64,000 nt of DNA from Squalus acanthias (lineage: Eukaryota). Below, one piece after another: positions 26,560 through 42,590 of this stretch; the first letter of the stretch is position 1, and the number at the start of each line of letters is the position of its first letter. Position numbers and translations under genes: made by a program. Below the pieces are notes generated by a model. The model searched no databases and was not told the origin of the DNA. It saw only the letters and a list, made by a program, of their open reading frames with translations. The stretch lies in the NCBI GenBank assembly GCA_030390025.1, contig JASTWF010000354.1:1-64000 (forward strand). Direction: 5' to 3'.

Positions 26560-28780
26560 TACAAAGCACACATCCTTTGATACAATGCACACATCCTGAT
26601 ACAATGCACACATTCCCCTATACAATTCACACAGCCTCCTTTAGAATGCACACATCCGCAGATACAATGCACACATTCCCCCATAGAATGCACAAATCCT
26701 CCTATAAAATGCCATTAACCCACTTATACAATGCACACAGCCTCCAATACAAGGCACACAGCCCCCTATACAATGCACACATTCCCCCATAGAATGCACA
26801 AATCCTCCTATTAAATGCCATTAACCCTCTTACACAATGCACACAGCCCCCTATACAATGCACACATCCACAATACAATGCACACATTCAACTATAGAAT
26901 GCACACATCCTCCTATACAATGCCATTAACCCTCTTATACAATGCACACAGACCCTATACAAAGCTCCCATCCTCCTATGCAATGCACACACCCTCCTAT
27001 ACATTGCACACATCCTCCTATACAATGCACACATCCCGCTATACAATGCACACATCCTCCTATACAATACACACATTCCCTATACAATGCACAACGCATC
27101 CTATATAATGCACAAATCCCCCAATGCAATGTACACAGCCCCCTATATAATGCACACAGCCCCTATACAATGCACACATACCCTATACAATGCACACATC
27201 CACCTATACAATGCACACATCCTCCTATACAATGCACACATCATCCTATACAATGCACACATCCTCCTATACAATGCACACATCCTCCTATACAATGCAT
27301 ACAGCCGCTATACAATGCCAACATCCTCCTATACAATGCACACATCCTCCTATACAATACACACATCCCCCTATACAATGCACATATTTCCCATTACAAT
27401 GCACACAGCCTTCTATACAATGCACACAGCCTTCTATACAATGCACACATCCCCCTGTACAATACACACAGCCTCCTATATATTGCACACATCCCCCTAA
27501 GAAATACACACAGCCCTTCTATACAATGCACACAGCCCTTCTATACAATGCACATATCCCCCTATACAATGCACACAGCCTCCTTTACAATGGACACAGC
27601 CCCCAGACAATGCACACAGCCTTCTATACAATGCACACATACCCCTATACAATACACACATCCTCCTATACAATGCAAACATCCCCCTAAACAATGCACA
27701 CATCCTGATACAATGCACACATTCCCCTATACAATTCACACAGCCTCCTTTAGAATGCACACATCCGCAGATACAATGCACACATTCCCCCATAGAATGC
27801 ACAAATCCTCCTATTAAATGCCATTAACCCACTTATACAATGCACACAGCCTCCAATACAAGGCACACAGCCCCCTATACAATGCACACATACCCCCATA
27901 GAATGCACAAATCCTCCTATTAAATGCCATTAACCCTCTTACACAATGCACACAGCCCCCTATACAATGCACACATCCACAATACAATGCACGCATTCAA
28001 CTATAGAATGCACACATCCTCCTATACAATGCCATTAACCCTCTTATACAATGCACACAGCCCCTATACAAAGCTCCCATCCTCCTATGCAATGCACACA
28101 CCCTCCTATACATTGCACACATCCTCCTATACAATGCACACATCCCGCTATACAATGCACACATCCTCCTATACAATACACACATTCCCTATACAATGCA
28201 CAACGCATCCTATATAATGCACAAATCCCCCAATGCAATGTACACAGCCCCCTATATAATGCACACAGCCCCTATACAATGCACACATACCCTATACAAT
28301 GCACACATCCTCCTATACAATGCACACATCATCCTATACAATGCACACATCCTCCTATACAATGCACACATCCTCCTATACAATGCACACATCCTCCTAT
28401 ACAATGCATACAGCCGCTATACAATGCCAACATCCTCCTATACAATGCACACATCCTCCTATACAATACACACATCCCCTATACAATGCACATATTTCCC
28501 ATTACAATGCACACAGCCTTCTATACAATGCACACATCCCCCTGTACAATACACACAGCCTCCTATATATTGCACACATCCCCCTAAGAAATACACACAG
28601 CCCTTCTATACAATGCACACAGCCCTTCTATACAATGCACATATCCCCCTATACAATGCACACAGCCTCCTTTACAATGGACACAGCCCCCTATACAATG
28701 CACACAGCCTCCTATACAATACACACATCCTCCTATACAATGCAAACATCCCCCTAAACAATGCACACATCCCCGATACA
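26560..28780. repeat. Higher-order repeat: two ~1.1-kb satellite blocks
   Basis: Near-identical pseudo-ORFs offset by 1109 bp (26815/27924, 26942/28051); ends approximate. Confidence 0.8.
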
Positions 28781-31700
28781 ATGCACACATCCCCGATACA
28801 ATGCACACCGCCTCCTATACAATGCACACATCCTCCTATACAATGCACACATCCCCTATACAATGCTCACATCCCCCTATACAATGCCCACAGCCTCCTA
28901 TAGAATGCACACAGCCCTTCCATAGAATGCACTCAGCCCTTCTGTAGAATGCACACATCCCCCTATACAATGCACACAGCCTCCTATACAATGCACACAG
29001 CCCCCTATACAATGCACACAGCATCCTGTAAGATGCACGCAGCCCCTATACAATGCACTCATCCCCCTATACAATGCACACATCATTCTATACAATGCAC
29101 ACAGCCCTTCTATAAAATGCACACAGCCCCTATACAATGCACACAGCCCCTATACAATGCACACAGCCTGCTATACAATGCACACATCCTCCTATACAAG
29201 GCACACAGCCCCTATACAATAAACACATCCCCTTTACAATGCACATATCCTCTTATACAATGCACACATCCCCTATACAATGTACACAGCCCCCTATACA
29301 TTGCACACAGCCCCTATGCAATGCACACAACCTCCTATATAACGCACCCGTTCCCCTATGCAATGCACACAACCTCCTATACAATTCACACATTCCCCTA
29401 TGCAATGCACACAGCACCTATACAATGCACACATCCTCCTATACAATGCACACAGCCTCCTATACAATGCACACAGTCCCTATACAATGCACACATCCTC
29501 CTATGCAATGCCATTAACCCTCTTATACAAGGCACACATCCTCCTATACAATGCACACAGTCTCCAATTCAATGCACACATCCTCCTATACAATGCACAC
29601 AGCCACCTATACAATGCACACATCCCCCTCTACAATGCACACATTCCACTATAGAATGCACACATACTCCTATACAATGCCATTAACCCTGTTATACAAT
29701 GCACACGGCCCCCTATACAATGCATACATTCCTCCTATACAATGCACACATCCTCCTAAACAATGCACACATCTTCCTATGCAATGCACCCATCCCTTAT
29801 ACAATACACACATCCTCCTATACAATTCACCCATTTCCCTATATAATGCACACAGCCCCCTATACAATGGACACAGCCTCCTATACAATGCACACATTCC
29901 CTATACAATGCACACATCCTCCTATACAATGCACAGTCTCCAATTCAATGCACACATCCTCCTATACAATGCCATTAACCCTCTTATACAATGCACACAT
30001 CCCCTATACAATGCACACATCCCTCCCATACAATGCACACATCCTCCTCTACAATGCACACATCCCCCTATACAATGCACACATTCCGCTATAGAATGCA
30101 CACATACTCCTATACAATGCCATTAACCCTCTTATACAATGCACACAGCCCCCTATACAATGCATACATCCCTCCAATACAATGCACACATCCTCCTATA
30201 CAATACACACATCCCCCTATACAATGCACACATCCTCCAATACAATGCACACAGCCTCCTAAACAATGCACACATCTTTCTATACAATGCTCACATCCCT
30301 TATACAATGCATACATCCTCCTATACAATGCACACATCCCCTATACAATGCACACATCCTCCTATACAATGCCATTTACCCTCTTATACAATGCATAGAG
30401 CCTCATATACAATGCACACATCATCCTTTACAATGCAAACATCCCCTATACAATGCACACAACTTCCTATACAATGCACCCCCCCAATACAATGCACACA
30501 TTCCCCGAGAATGCACAAATCCTCCTATACAATGACATTAACCCTCTTATACAATGCACACAGCCCCCATTACAATGCACACAGCCTCCTTTACAATGCA
30601 GACAGCCTCCAATACAATGCACACAGCCCACTATACAATGCACACATCCTCCAATACAATGCACACAGCCTCCTAAACAATGCACACATCTTCCTATGCA
30701 ATGCACACATCCCTTATACAATACACACATCCTCCTATACAATGCACACAGCCCACTATACAATGCGCACAGTCCACTATACAATGCACACTTCCCTCTA
30801 TACAATGCACACATCCTCCTATACAATGCACACATCCCCAATACAATGCACAGCCGATATACAATGCACAAATCCTCCTATACAATGCACACAGCATCCT
30901 ATACAATGCACACATTCTCCTATGCAATGCACAAAGCCCCCTATACAATGCCCACATCCCCCTATACAATGCACTCAGCCTTCTATACAATGCACACATC
31001 CCACTGTACAATACACACAGCCCCCTATCCATTGCACATATCCCCTAATAAAAGACACGCCACCATTCTATACAATGCACAGCCCCGTATGCAATGCACA
31101 CATCCCCCTATACAATACACACAGCCTCCTATACAATACACACATTCTCATATACAAGGCACACATCTTCTTTTACAATGCACACAGCCTCCTATACAAT
31201 GAACAATTCCTCCTATACAATGCACACATCCCCCTATACAATACACACAGCCTCCTATACAATACACACATTCTCATATACAAGGCACACATCTTCTTTT
31301 ACAATGCACACAGCCTCCTATACAATGAACAATTCCTCCTATACAATGCACACAGCCACCTATACAATGCACTCAGCCTCCATTACAATGCACACAGCCC
31401 CTAAACAATGCACACAGCCCCTATACAATGCACACAGCCCCTATACAATGCACACATCCCCTATACAATGCACACATTTCCCCTATACAATGTACACTGC
31501 CCCCTTGACAATGCACACAGCCTCCTATACAAAGCACACATCCCATTTACAATGCACACAGACCCCTATGCAATGCACACAGCCTTCTATTAAATGCACA
31601 CAGCCCCCTATACAATGCAGACATCCTCTATACAATGCACACATCCTCCTATACAATGCACACATCGCCCTATACAATGCACACATCCTCCTTTACAATG

Positions 31701-32379
31701 CACACAGCCTCCTGTACAATGCACACATCCACCTATACAATGCACACAACCTCCTGTACAATTCACAACCCTTCTATACAATGCACACAGCCTCCTATAT
31801 AATGCACACACCCCCTATTAAATGCACACATCCCCCTATGCAATGTACACATCCCCCTATACAATGCACACAGCCCTTCTATACAATGCATACTTTCCCC
31901 TACACAATGCACACAGCCTCCTATACAATGCACCCCACTATTAAATGCACACATTCCCCTATGCAATGTACACAGCCCACTATTTAATGCACACAGCCCC
32001 CTATACAATGCACACATACCCGATACAATGCACACATCGCCCGATACAATGCACACAGCCTCCTGTACAATGCACACATCCCCCTATACAATTCACACAG
32101 CCCTTCTATACAATGCACACAGCCTCCTATACAATGCACACACACCCCTATTAAATGCACACATCCCCCTATGCAATGTACACAGCCCCCTATACAATGC
32201 ACACAGCCCTTCTATACAATGCACACTTCCCCTATACAATGCACACAGCCCCTATACAATGCAAACATCCTCCTATAGAAAGCACACCGCCCCTATACAA
32301 TGCACACAGCCTCCTATACAATGCACACATCCCCCTATACAATGCACACAGCCTCCTATAGAATGCAAAAAGCCCCCTA

Positions 32380-35300
32380 TACAATGCACACAGCCTCCTA
32401 TACAATGCACACATCCCCCTATACAATGCACGCATCCTCCAATACAATGCACACAGCCCCAAATACAATGCACACAGCCTCCTATACAATGCACACATCC
32501 TCCTATACAATGCACACATCCTACTGTACAATGCACACAACCCCCTATACAATGCACACAGCCTCCTATACAATGCACACATCCCCATATGCAATGCACA
32601 CATCCCCTATACAATGCATGCAGCCTCCTTTAAAATGCACACATCCCCTATACAATGCACATAGCCTCCTATACAATACACACAGCATCCTATACAATGC
32701 ACCCCCCTATGCAATGCACAAATCCCCTATACAATGCACACAGCCCCTATACAATGCAAACATCCTCCTATAGAAAGCACACCGCCCCTATACAATGCAC
32801 ACAGCCTCCTATAAAATGCACACATCCCCCTATACAATGCACACATCCTCCTATAGAATGCAACTCCTATACAATGCACAACTCCCCCTATACAATGCAC
32901 GCATCCTCCAATACAATGCACACAGCCCCAAATACAATGCACAGCCTCCTATACAATGCACACATCCTCCTATACAATGCACACATCCCCTATACAATGC
33001 ACACATCCTACTATACAATGCACACAACCCCCATACAATGCACACAGCCTCCTATGCAATGCACACATCCCCTATGCAATGCACAGCCTCTATACAATGC
33101 ACACAGCATCCTATACAATGCACCCCCCTATACAATGCACAAATCCCCCTATACAATGCACACATCCCCTATACAATGCATACATCCTCCTATACAATGC
33201 ACACAGCCTCCTATACAATGCACACATCCCCCTATACAATGCACACAGCCCTTCTAGACAATGCACACATCCCCTATACAATGCACACATCCTCCTATAC
33301 AAAGCTCATAGCCCCCTATACAATGTACACAGCCTCCTATTGAATGCACACAGACCCCTATACAATACACCCGCCTATACTATGCACACATCGCCCTATA
33401 CAATGCACACAGCCTGCTATACAATACACACATCCCCCTATACAATGCACACATCCCCGTATACAATGCACACATCCCCTTATACAATGTACACATCCCC
33501 CTATACAATGCACACAACCTCCTATACAATACAAAAAGCCTCTATTACGATGCACACATCCTCCTATACAATGCACGCATCCCTCTATACAATGCACACA
33601 TCCTACTATACAATACACACAGCTTCCTATACAATGCACACATCCTCCTATGCAATGCACACATCACCCTATACAATGCACGCATCCCCCTATACAATGC
33701 ACACATCCCCCTGTACAATGCACACAGCCTCCTGTACAATGCACACATCCCCCTATACAATGCACACAGCCCCCTAAACAATGCACACAGCCCCCTATAC
33801 AATGCACACAGCCTCCTATACAATGCACACATCCCCCTATACAATGCACACATCCTCCAATACAATGCACACAGCCCCAAATACAATGCACACAGCCTCC
33901 TATACAATGCACACATCCTCCTATACAATGCACACATCCCCTATACAATGCACACATCCTACTGTACAATGCACACAACCCCCTATACAATGCACACAGC
34001 CTCCTATACAATGCACACATCCCCATATGCAATGCACACATCCCCTATACAATGCATGCAGCCTCCTTTAAAATGCACACATCCCCTATACAATGCACAT
34101 AGCCTCCTATACAATACACACAGCATCCTATACAATGCACCCCCCTATGCAATGCACAAATCCCCTATACAATGCACACAGCCCCTATACAATGCAAACA
34201 TCCTCCTATAGAAAGCACACCGCCCCTATACAATGCACACAGCCTCCTATAAAATGCACACATCCCCCTATACAATGCACACATCCTCCTATAGAATGCA
34301 ACTCCTATACAATGCACAACTCCCCCTATACAATGCACGCATCCTCCAATACAATGCACACAGCCCCAAATACAATGCACAGCCTCCTATACAATGCACA
34401 CATCCTCCTATACAATGCACACATCCCCTATACAGTGCACACATCCTACTATACAATGCACACAACCCCCTATACAATGCACACAGCCTCCTATGCAATG
34501 CACACATCCCCTATGCAATGCACAGCCTCTATACAATGCACACAGCATCCTATACAATGCACCCCCTATACAATGCACAAATCCCCCTATACAATGCACA
34601 CATCCCCTATACAATGCATACATCCTCCTATACAATGCACACAGCCTCCTATACAATGCACACATCCCCCTATACAATGCACACAGCCCTTCTAGACAAT
34701 GCACACATCCCCTATACAATGCACACATCCTCCTATACAAAGCTCATAGCCCCCTATACAATGTACACAGCCTCCTATTGAATGCACACAGACCCCTATA
34801 CAATACACCCGCCTATACTATGCACACATCGCCCTATACAATGCACACAGCCTGCTATACAATACACACATCCCCCTATACAATGCACACATCCCCGTAT
34901 ACAATGCACACATCCCCTTATACAATGTACACATCCCCCTATACAATGCACACAACCTCCTATACAATACAAAAAGCCTCTATTACGATGCACACATCCT
35001 CCTATACAATGCACGCATCCCTCTATACAATGCACACATCCTACTATACAATACACACAGCTTCCTATACAATGCACACATCCTCCTATGCAATGCACAC
35101 ATCCCCCTATACAATGCACGCATCCCCCTATACAATGCACACATCCCCCTGTACAATGCACACAGCCTCCTGTACAATGCACACATCCCCCTATACAATG
35201 CACACAGCCCCCTAAACAATGCACACAGCCCCCTATACAATGCACACAGCCTCCTATACAATGCACACATCCCCCTATACAATGCACACATCCTCCAATA

Positions 35301-38300
35301 CAATGCACACAGCCCCAAATACAATGCACACAGCCTCCTATACAATGCACACATCCTCCTATACAATGCACACATCCCCTATACAATGCACACATCCTAC
35401 TGTACAATGCACACAACCCCCTATACAATGCACACAGCCTCCTATACAATGCACACATCCCCATATGCAATGCACACATCCCCTATACAATGCATGCAGC
35501 CTCCTTTAAAATGCACACATCCCCTATACAATGCACATAGCCTCCTATACAATACACACAGCATCCTATACAATGCATCCCCCCTATGCAATGCACAAAT
35601 CCCCTATACAATGCACACAGCCCCTATACAATGCAAACATCCTCCTATAGAAAGCACACCGCCCCTATACAATGCACACAGCCTCCTATAAAATGCACAC
35701 ATCCCCCTATACAATGCACACATCCTCCTATAGAATGCAACTCCTATACAATGCACAACTCCCCCTATACAATGCACGCACCCTCCAATACAATGCACAC
35801 AGCCCCAAATACAATGCACACCGCCTCCTATACAATGCACACATCCTCCTATACAATGCACACATCCCCTATACAATGCACACATCCTACTATACAATGC
35901 ACACAACCCCCTATACAATGCACACAGCCTCCTATGCAATGCACACATCCCCTATGCAATGCACAGCCTCTATACAATGCACACAGCATCCTATACAATG
36001 CACCCCCTATACAATGCACAAATCCCCCTATACAATGCACACATCCCCTATACAATGCATACATCCTCCTATACAATGCACACAGCCTCCTATACAATGC
36101 ACACATCCCCCTATACAATGCACACAGCCCTTCTAGACAATGCACACATCCCCTATACAATGCACACATCCTCCTATACAAAGCTCATAGCCCCCTATAC
36201 AATGTACACAGCCTCCTATTGAATGCACACAGCCCCCTATACAATACACCCGCCTATACTATGCACACATCGCCCTATACAATGCACACAGCCTGCTATA
36301 CAATACACACATCCCCGTATACAATGCACACATCCCCTTATACAATGCACACATCCCCCTATACAATGCACACAACCTCCTATACAATACAAAAAGCCTC
36401 TATTACGATGCACACATCCTCCTATACAATGCACGCATCCCTCTATACAATGCACACATCCTACTATACAATACACACAGCTTCCTATACAATGCACACA
36501 TCCTCCTATGCAATGCACACATTCCCTATACAATGCACGCATCCCCCTATACAATGCACACATCCCCCTGTACAAGGCACACAGCCTCCTGTACAATGCA
36601 CACATCCCCCTAAACAATGCACACAGCCCCCTATACAATGCACACAGCCTCCTATACAATGCACACATCCCCCTATACAATGCACGCATCCTCCAATACA
36701 ATGCACACAGCCCCAAATACAATGCACACAGCCTCCTATACAATGCACACATCCTCCTATACAATGCACACATCCCCTATACAATGCACACATCCTACTG
36801 TACAATGCACACAACCCCCTATACAATGCACACAGCCTCCTATACAATGCACACATCCCCATATGCAATGCACACATCCCCTATACAATGCATGCAGCCT
36901 CCTTTAAAATGCACACATCCCCTATACAATGCACATAGCCTCCTATACAATACACACAGCATCCTATACAATGCACCCCCCCCCTATGCAATGCACAAAT
37001 CCCCTATACAATGCACACAGCCCCTATACAATGCAAACATCCTCCTATAGAAAGCACACCGCCCCTATACAATGCACACAGCCTCCTATAAAATGCACAC
37101 ATCCCCCTATACAATGCACACATCCTCCTATAGAATGCAACTCCTATACAATGCACAACTCCCCCTATACAATGCACGCATCCTCCAATACAATGCACAC
37201 AGCCCCAAATACAATGCACACAGCCTCCTATACAATGCACACATCCTCCTATACAATGCACACATCCCCTATACAATGCACACATCCTACTATACAATGC
37301 ACACAACCCCCTATACAATGCACACAGCCTCCTATGCAATGCACACATCCCCTATGCAATGCACAGCCTCTATACAATGCACACAGCATCCTATACAATG
37401 CACCCCCCCTATACAATGCACAAATCCCCTATACAATGCACACATCCCTAATACAATGCATACATCCTCCTATACAATGCATACATCCTCCTATACAATG
37501 CACACATCCCCCTATACAATGCACACAGCCCTTCTAGACAATGCACACATCCCCTATACAATGCACACATCCTCCTATACAAAGCTCATAGCCCCCTATA
37601 CAATGTACACAGCCTCCTATTGAATGCACACATACCCCTATACAATACACCCGCCTATACTATGCACACATCGCCCTATACAATGCACACAGCCTGCTAT
37701 ACAATACACACATCCCCCTATACAATGCACACATCCCCATATACAATGCACACATCCCCTTATACAATGCACACATCCCCCTATACAATGCACACAACCT
37801 CCTATACAATACAAAAAGCCTCTATTACGATGCACACATCCTCCTATACAATGCACGCATCCCTCTATACAATGCACACATCCTACTATACAATACACAC
37901 AGCTTCCTATACAATGCACACATCCTCCTATGCAATGCACACATCCCCCTATACAATGCACGCATCCCCCTATACAATGCACACACCCCCCTGTACAATG
38001 CACACAGCCTCCTGTACAATGCACTCATCCCCCTATACAATGCACACAGCCCCCTATACAATGCACACAGCCTCCTATACAATGCACACAGCCTCCTATA
38101 CAATGCACACAGACCCGTATACAATGCACACAGACCCCTATACAATGCACACAGACCCCTATACAATGCACACAGCTCCCTATAACTGCACACAGCCTCC
38201 TATACAATGCACACATCCTCCTATACAATGCACACATCCTCCTATGCAAAGCACACAACCTCATATACAATGCACACATCCTCCTGTACAATGCACACAG

Positions 38301-41300
38301 CCTCCTATACAATACACACAGCTTCCTATACAATGCACACAGCCCCCTATACAATGCACACAGCCTCCTATACAATGCACACATCCTCCTATTCAATCCA
38401 TACATCCTCCTATACAATCCACACATCCTCCTATACAATCCACACATCCCCCTATACAATGCACTCAGCCTCCTATACAATACACACAGCCTCCTTTAAA
38501 ACACACACAGCATCTTATACAATGCACACAGCCCCAAATACAATGCACAGCCTCCTATACAATGCACACATCCTCCTATACAATGCACACATCCCCTATA
38601 CAATGCACACATCCTACTATACAATGCACACAACCCCCTATACAATGCACACAGCCTCCTATGCAATGCACACACCCCCTATGCAATGCACAGCCTCTAT
38701 ACAATGCACACAGCATCCTATACAATGCACCCCCTATACAATGCACAAATCCCCCCACACAATGCACACATCCCCTATACAATGCATACATCCTCCTATA
38801 CAATGCACACAGCCTCCTATACAATGCACACATCCCCCTATACAATGCACACAGCCCTTCTAGACAATGCACACATCCCCTATACAATGCACACATCCTC
38901 CTATACAAAGCTCATAGCCCCCTATACAATGTACACAGCCTCCTATTGAATGCACACAGCCCCCTATACAATACACCCGCCTATACTATGCACACATCGC
39001 CCTATACAATGCACACAGCCTGCTATACAATACACACATCCCCCTATACAATGCACACATCCCCGTATACAATGCACACATCCCCTTATACAATGCACAC
39101 ATCCCCCTATACAATGCACACAACCTCCTATACAATACAAAAAGCCTCTATTACGATGCACACATCCTCCTATACAATGCACGCATCCCTCTATACAATG
39201 CACACATCCTACTATACAATACACACAGCTTCCTATACAATGCACACATCCTCCTATGCAATGCACACATCCCCCTATACAATGCACGCATCCCCCTATA
39301 CAATGCACACATCCCCCTGTACAATGCACACAGCCTCCTGTACAATGCACACATCCCCCTATACAATGCACACAGCCCCCTAAACAATGCACACAGCCCC
39401 CTATACAATGCACGCATCCTCCAATACAATGCACACAGCCCCAAATACAATGCACACAGCCTCCTATACAATGCACACATCCTCCTATACAATGCACACA
39501 TCCCCTATACAATGCACACATCCTACTGTACAATGCACACAACCCCCTATACAATGCACATAGCCTCCTATACAATACACACAGCATCCTATACAATGCA
39601 TCCCCCCCTATGCAATGCACAAATCCCCTATACAATGCACACAGCCCCTATACAATGCAAACATCCTCCTATAGAAAGCACACCGCCCCTATACAATGCA
39701 CACAGCCTCCTATAAAATGCACACGTCCCCCTATACAATGCACACATCCTCCTATAGAATGCAACTCCTATACAATGCACAACTCCCCCTATACAATGCA
39801 CGCACCCTCCAATACAATGCACACAGCCCCAAATACAATGCACACAGCCTCCTATACAATGCACACATCCTCCTATACAATGCACACATCCCCTATACAA
39901 TGCACACATCCTACTATACAATGCACACAACCCCCTATACAATGCACACAGCCTCCTATGCAATGCACACATCCCCTATGCAATTCACAGCCTCTATACA
40001 ATGCACACAGCATCCTATACAATGCACCCCCCTATACAATGCACAAATCCCCCTATACAATGCACACATCCCCTATACAATGCATACATCCTCCTATACA
40101 ATGCACACAGCCCCTATACAATGCACACATCCTCCTATACAATGCACACATCCCCCTATACAATGCACACAGCCCTTCTAGACAATGCACACATCCCCTA
40201 TACAATGCACACATCCTCCTATACAAAGCTCATAGCCCCCTATACAATGTACACAGCCTCCTATTGAATGCACACAGCCCCCTATACAATACACCCGCCT
40301 ATACTATGCACACATCGCCCTATACAATGCACACAGCCTGCTATACAATACACACATCCCCCTATACAATGCACACATCCCCGTATACAATGCACACATC
40401 CCCTTATACAATGCACACATCCCCCTATACAATGCACACAACCTCCTATACAATACAAAAAGCCTCTATTACGATGCACACATCCTCCTATACAATGCAC
40501 GCATCCCTCTATACAATGCACACATCCTACTATACAATACACACAGCTTCCTATACAATGCACACAACCTCCTATGCAATGCACACATCCCCCTATACAA
40601 TGCACGCATCCCCCTATACAATGCACACATCCCCCTGTACAATGCACACAGCCTCCTGTACAATGCACACATCCCCCTAAACAATGCACACAGCCCCCTA
40701 TACAATGCACACAGCCTCCTATACAATGCACACATCCCCCTATACAATGCACGCATCCTCCAATACAATGCACACAGCCCCAAATACAATGCACATAGCC
40801 TCCTATACAATGCACACATCCTCCTATACAATGCACACATCCCCTATACAATGCACACATCCTACTGTACAATGCACACAACCCCCTATACAATGCACAC
40901 AGCCTCCTATACAATGCACACATCCCCATATGCAATGCACACATCCCCTATACAATGCATGCAGCCTCCTTTAAAATGCACACATCCCCTATACAATGCA
41001 CATAGCCTCCTATACAATACACACAGCATCCTATACAATGCACCCCCCCTATGCAATGCACAAATCCCCTATACAATGCACACAGCCCCTATACAATGCA
41101 AACATCCTCCTATAGAAAGCACACCGCCCCTATACAATGCACACAGCCTCCTATAAAATGCACACATCCCCCTATACAATGCACGCATCCTCCTATAGAA
41201 TGCAACTCCTATACAATGCACAACTCCCCCTATGCAATGCACGCATCCTCCAATACAATGCACACAGCCCCAAATACAATGCACACAGCCTCCTATACAA

Positions 41301-42590
41301 TGCACACATCCTCCTATACAATGCACACATCCCCTATACAATGCACACATCCTACTATACAATGCACACAACCCCCTATACAATGCACACAGCCTCCTAT
41401 GCAATGCACACATCCCCTATGCAATGCACAGCCTCTATACAATGCACACAGCATCCTATACAATGCACCCCCCCTATACAATGCACAAATCCCCTATACA
41501 ATGCACACATCCCTAATACAATGCATACATCCTCCTATACAATGCATACATCCTCCTATACAATGCACACATCCCCCTATACAATGCACACAGCCCTTCT
41601 AGACAATGCACACATCCCCTATACAATGCACACATCCTCCTATACAAAGCTCATAGCCCCCTATACAATGTACACAGCCTCCTATTGAATGCACACATAC
41701 CCCTATACAATACACCCGCCTATACTATGCACACATCGCCCTATACAATGCACACAGCCTGCTATACAATACACACATCCCCCTATACAATGCACACATC
41801 CCCGTATACAATGCACACATCCCCTTATACAATGCACACATCCCCCTATACAATGCACACAACCTCCTATACAATACAAAAAGCCTCTATTACGATGCAC
41901 ACATCCTCCTATACAATGCACGCATCCCTCTATACAATGCACACATCCTACTATACAATACACACAGCTTCCTATACAATGCACACATCCTCCTATGCAA
42001 TGCACACATCCCCCTATACAATGCACGCATCCCCCTATACAATGCACACACCCCCCTGTACAATGCACACAGCCTCCTGTACAATGCACTCATCCCCCTA
42101 TACAATGCACACAGCCCCCTATACAATGCACACAGCCTCCTATACAATGCACACAGCCTCCTATACAATGCACACAGACCCGTATACAATGCACACAGAC
42201 CCCTATACAATGCACACAGACCCCTATACAATGCACACAGCTCCCTATAACTGCACACAGCCTCCTATACAATGCACACATCCTCCTATACAATGCACAC
42301 ATCCTCCTATGCAAAGCACACAACCTCATATACAATGCACACATCCTCCTGTACAATGCACACAGCCTCCTATACAATACACACAGCTTCCTATACAATG
42401 CACACAGCCCCCTATACAATGCACACAGCCTCCTATACAATGCACACATCCTCCTATTCAATCCATACATCCTCCTATACAATCCACACATCCTCCTATA
42501 CAATCCACACATCCCCCTATACAATGCACTCAGCCTCCTATACAATACACACAGCCTCCTTTAAAACACACACAGCATCTTATACAATGC
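32380..42590. repeat. Higher-order repeat: about seven 1.3-1.45-kb satellite blocks with a nested 4065-bp duplication
   Basis: Marker AAAGCTCATAGCCCC at 33301, 34739, 36180, 37581, 38907, 40225 and 41646; blocks at 37620 and 41685 near-identical. Confidence 0.88.
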
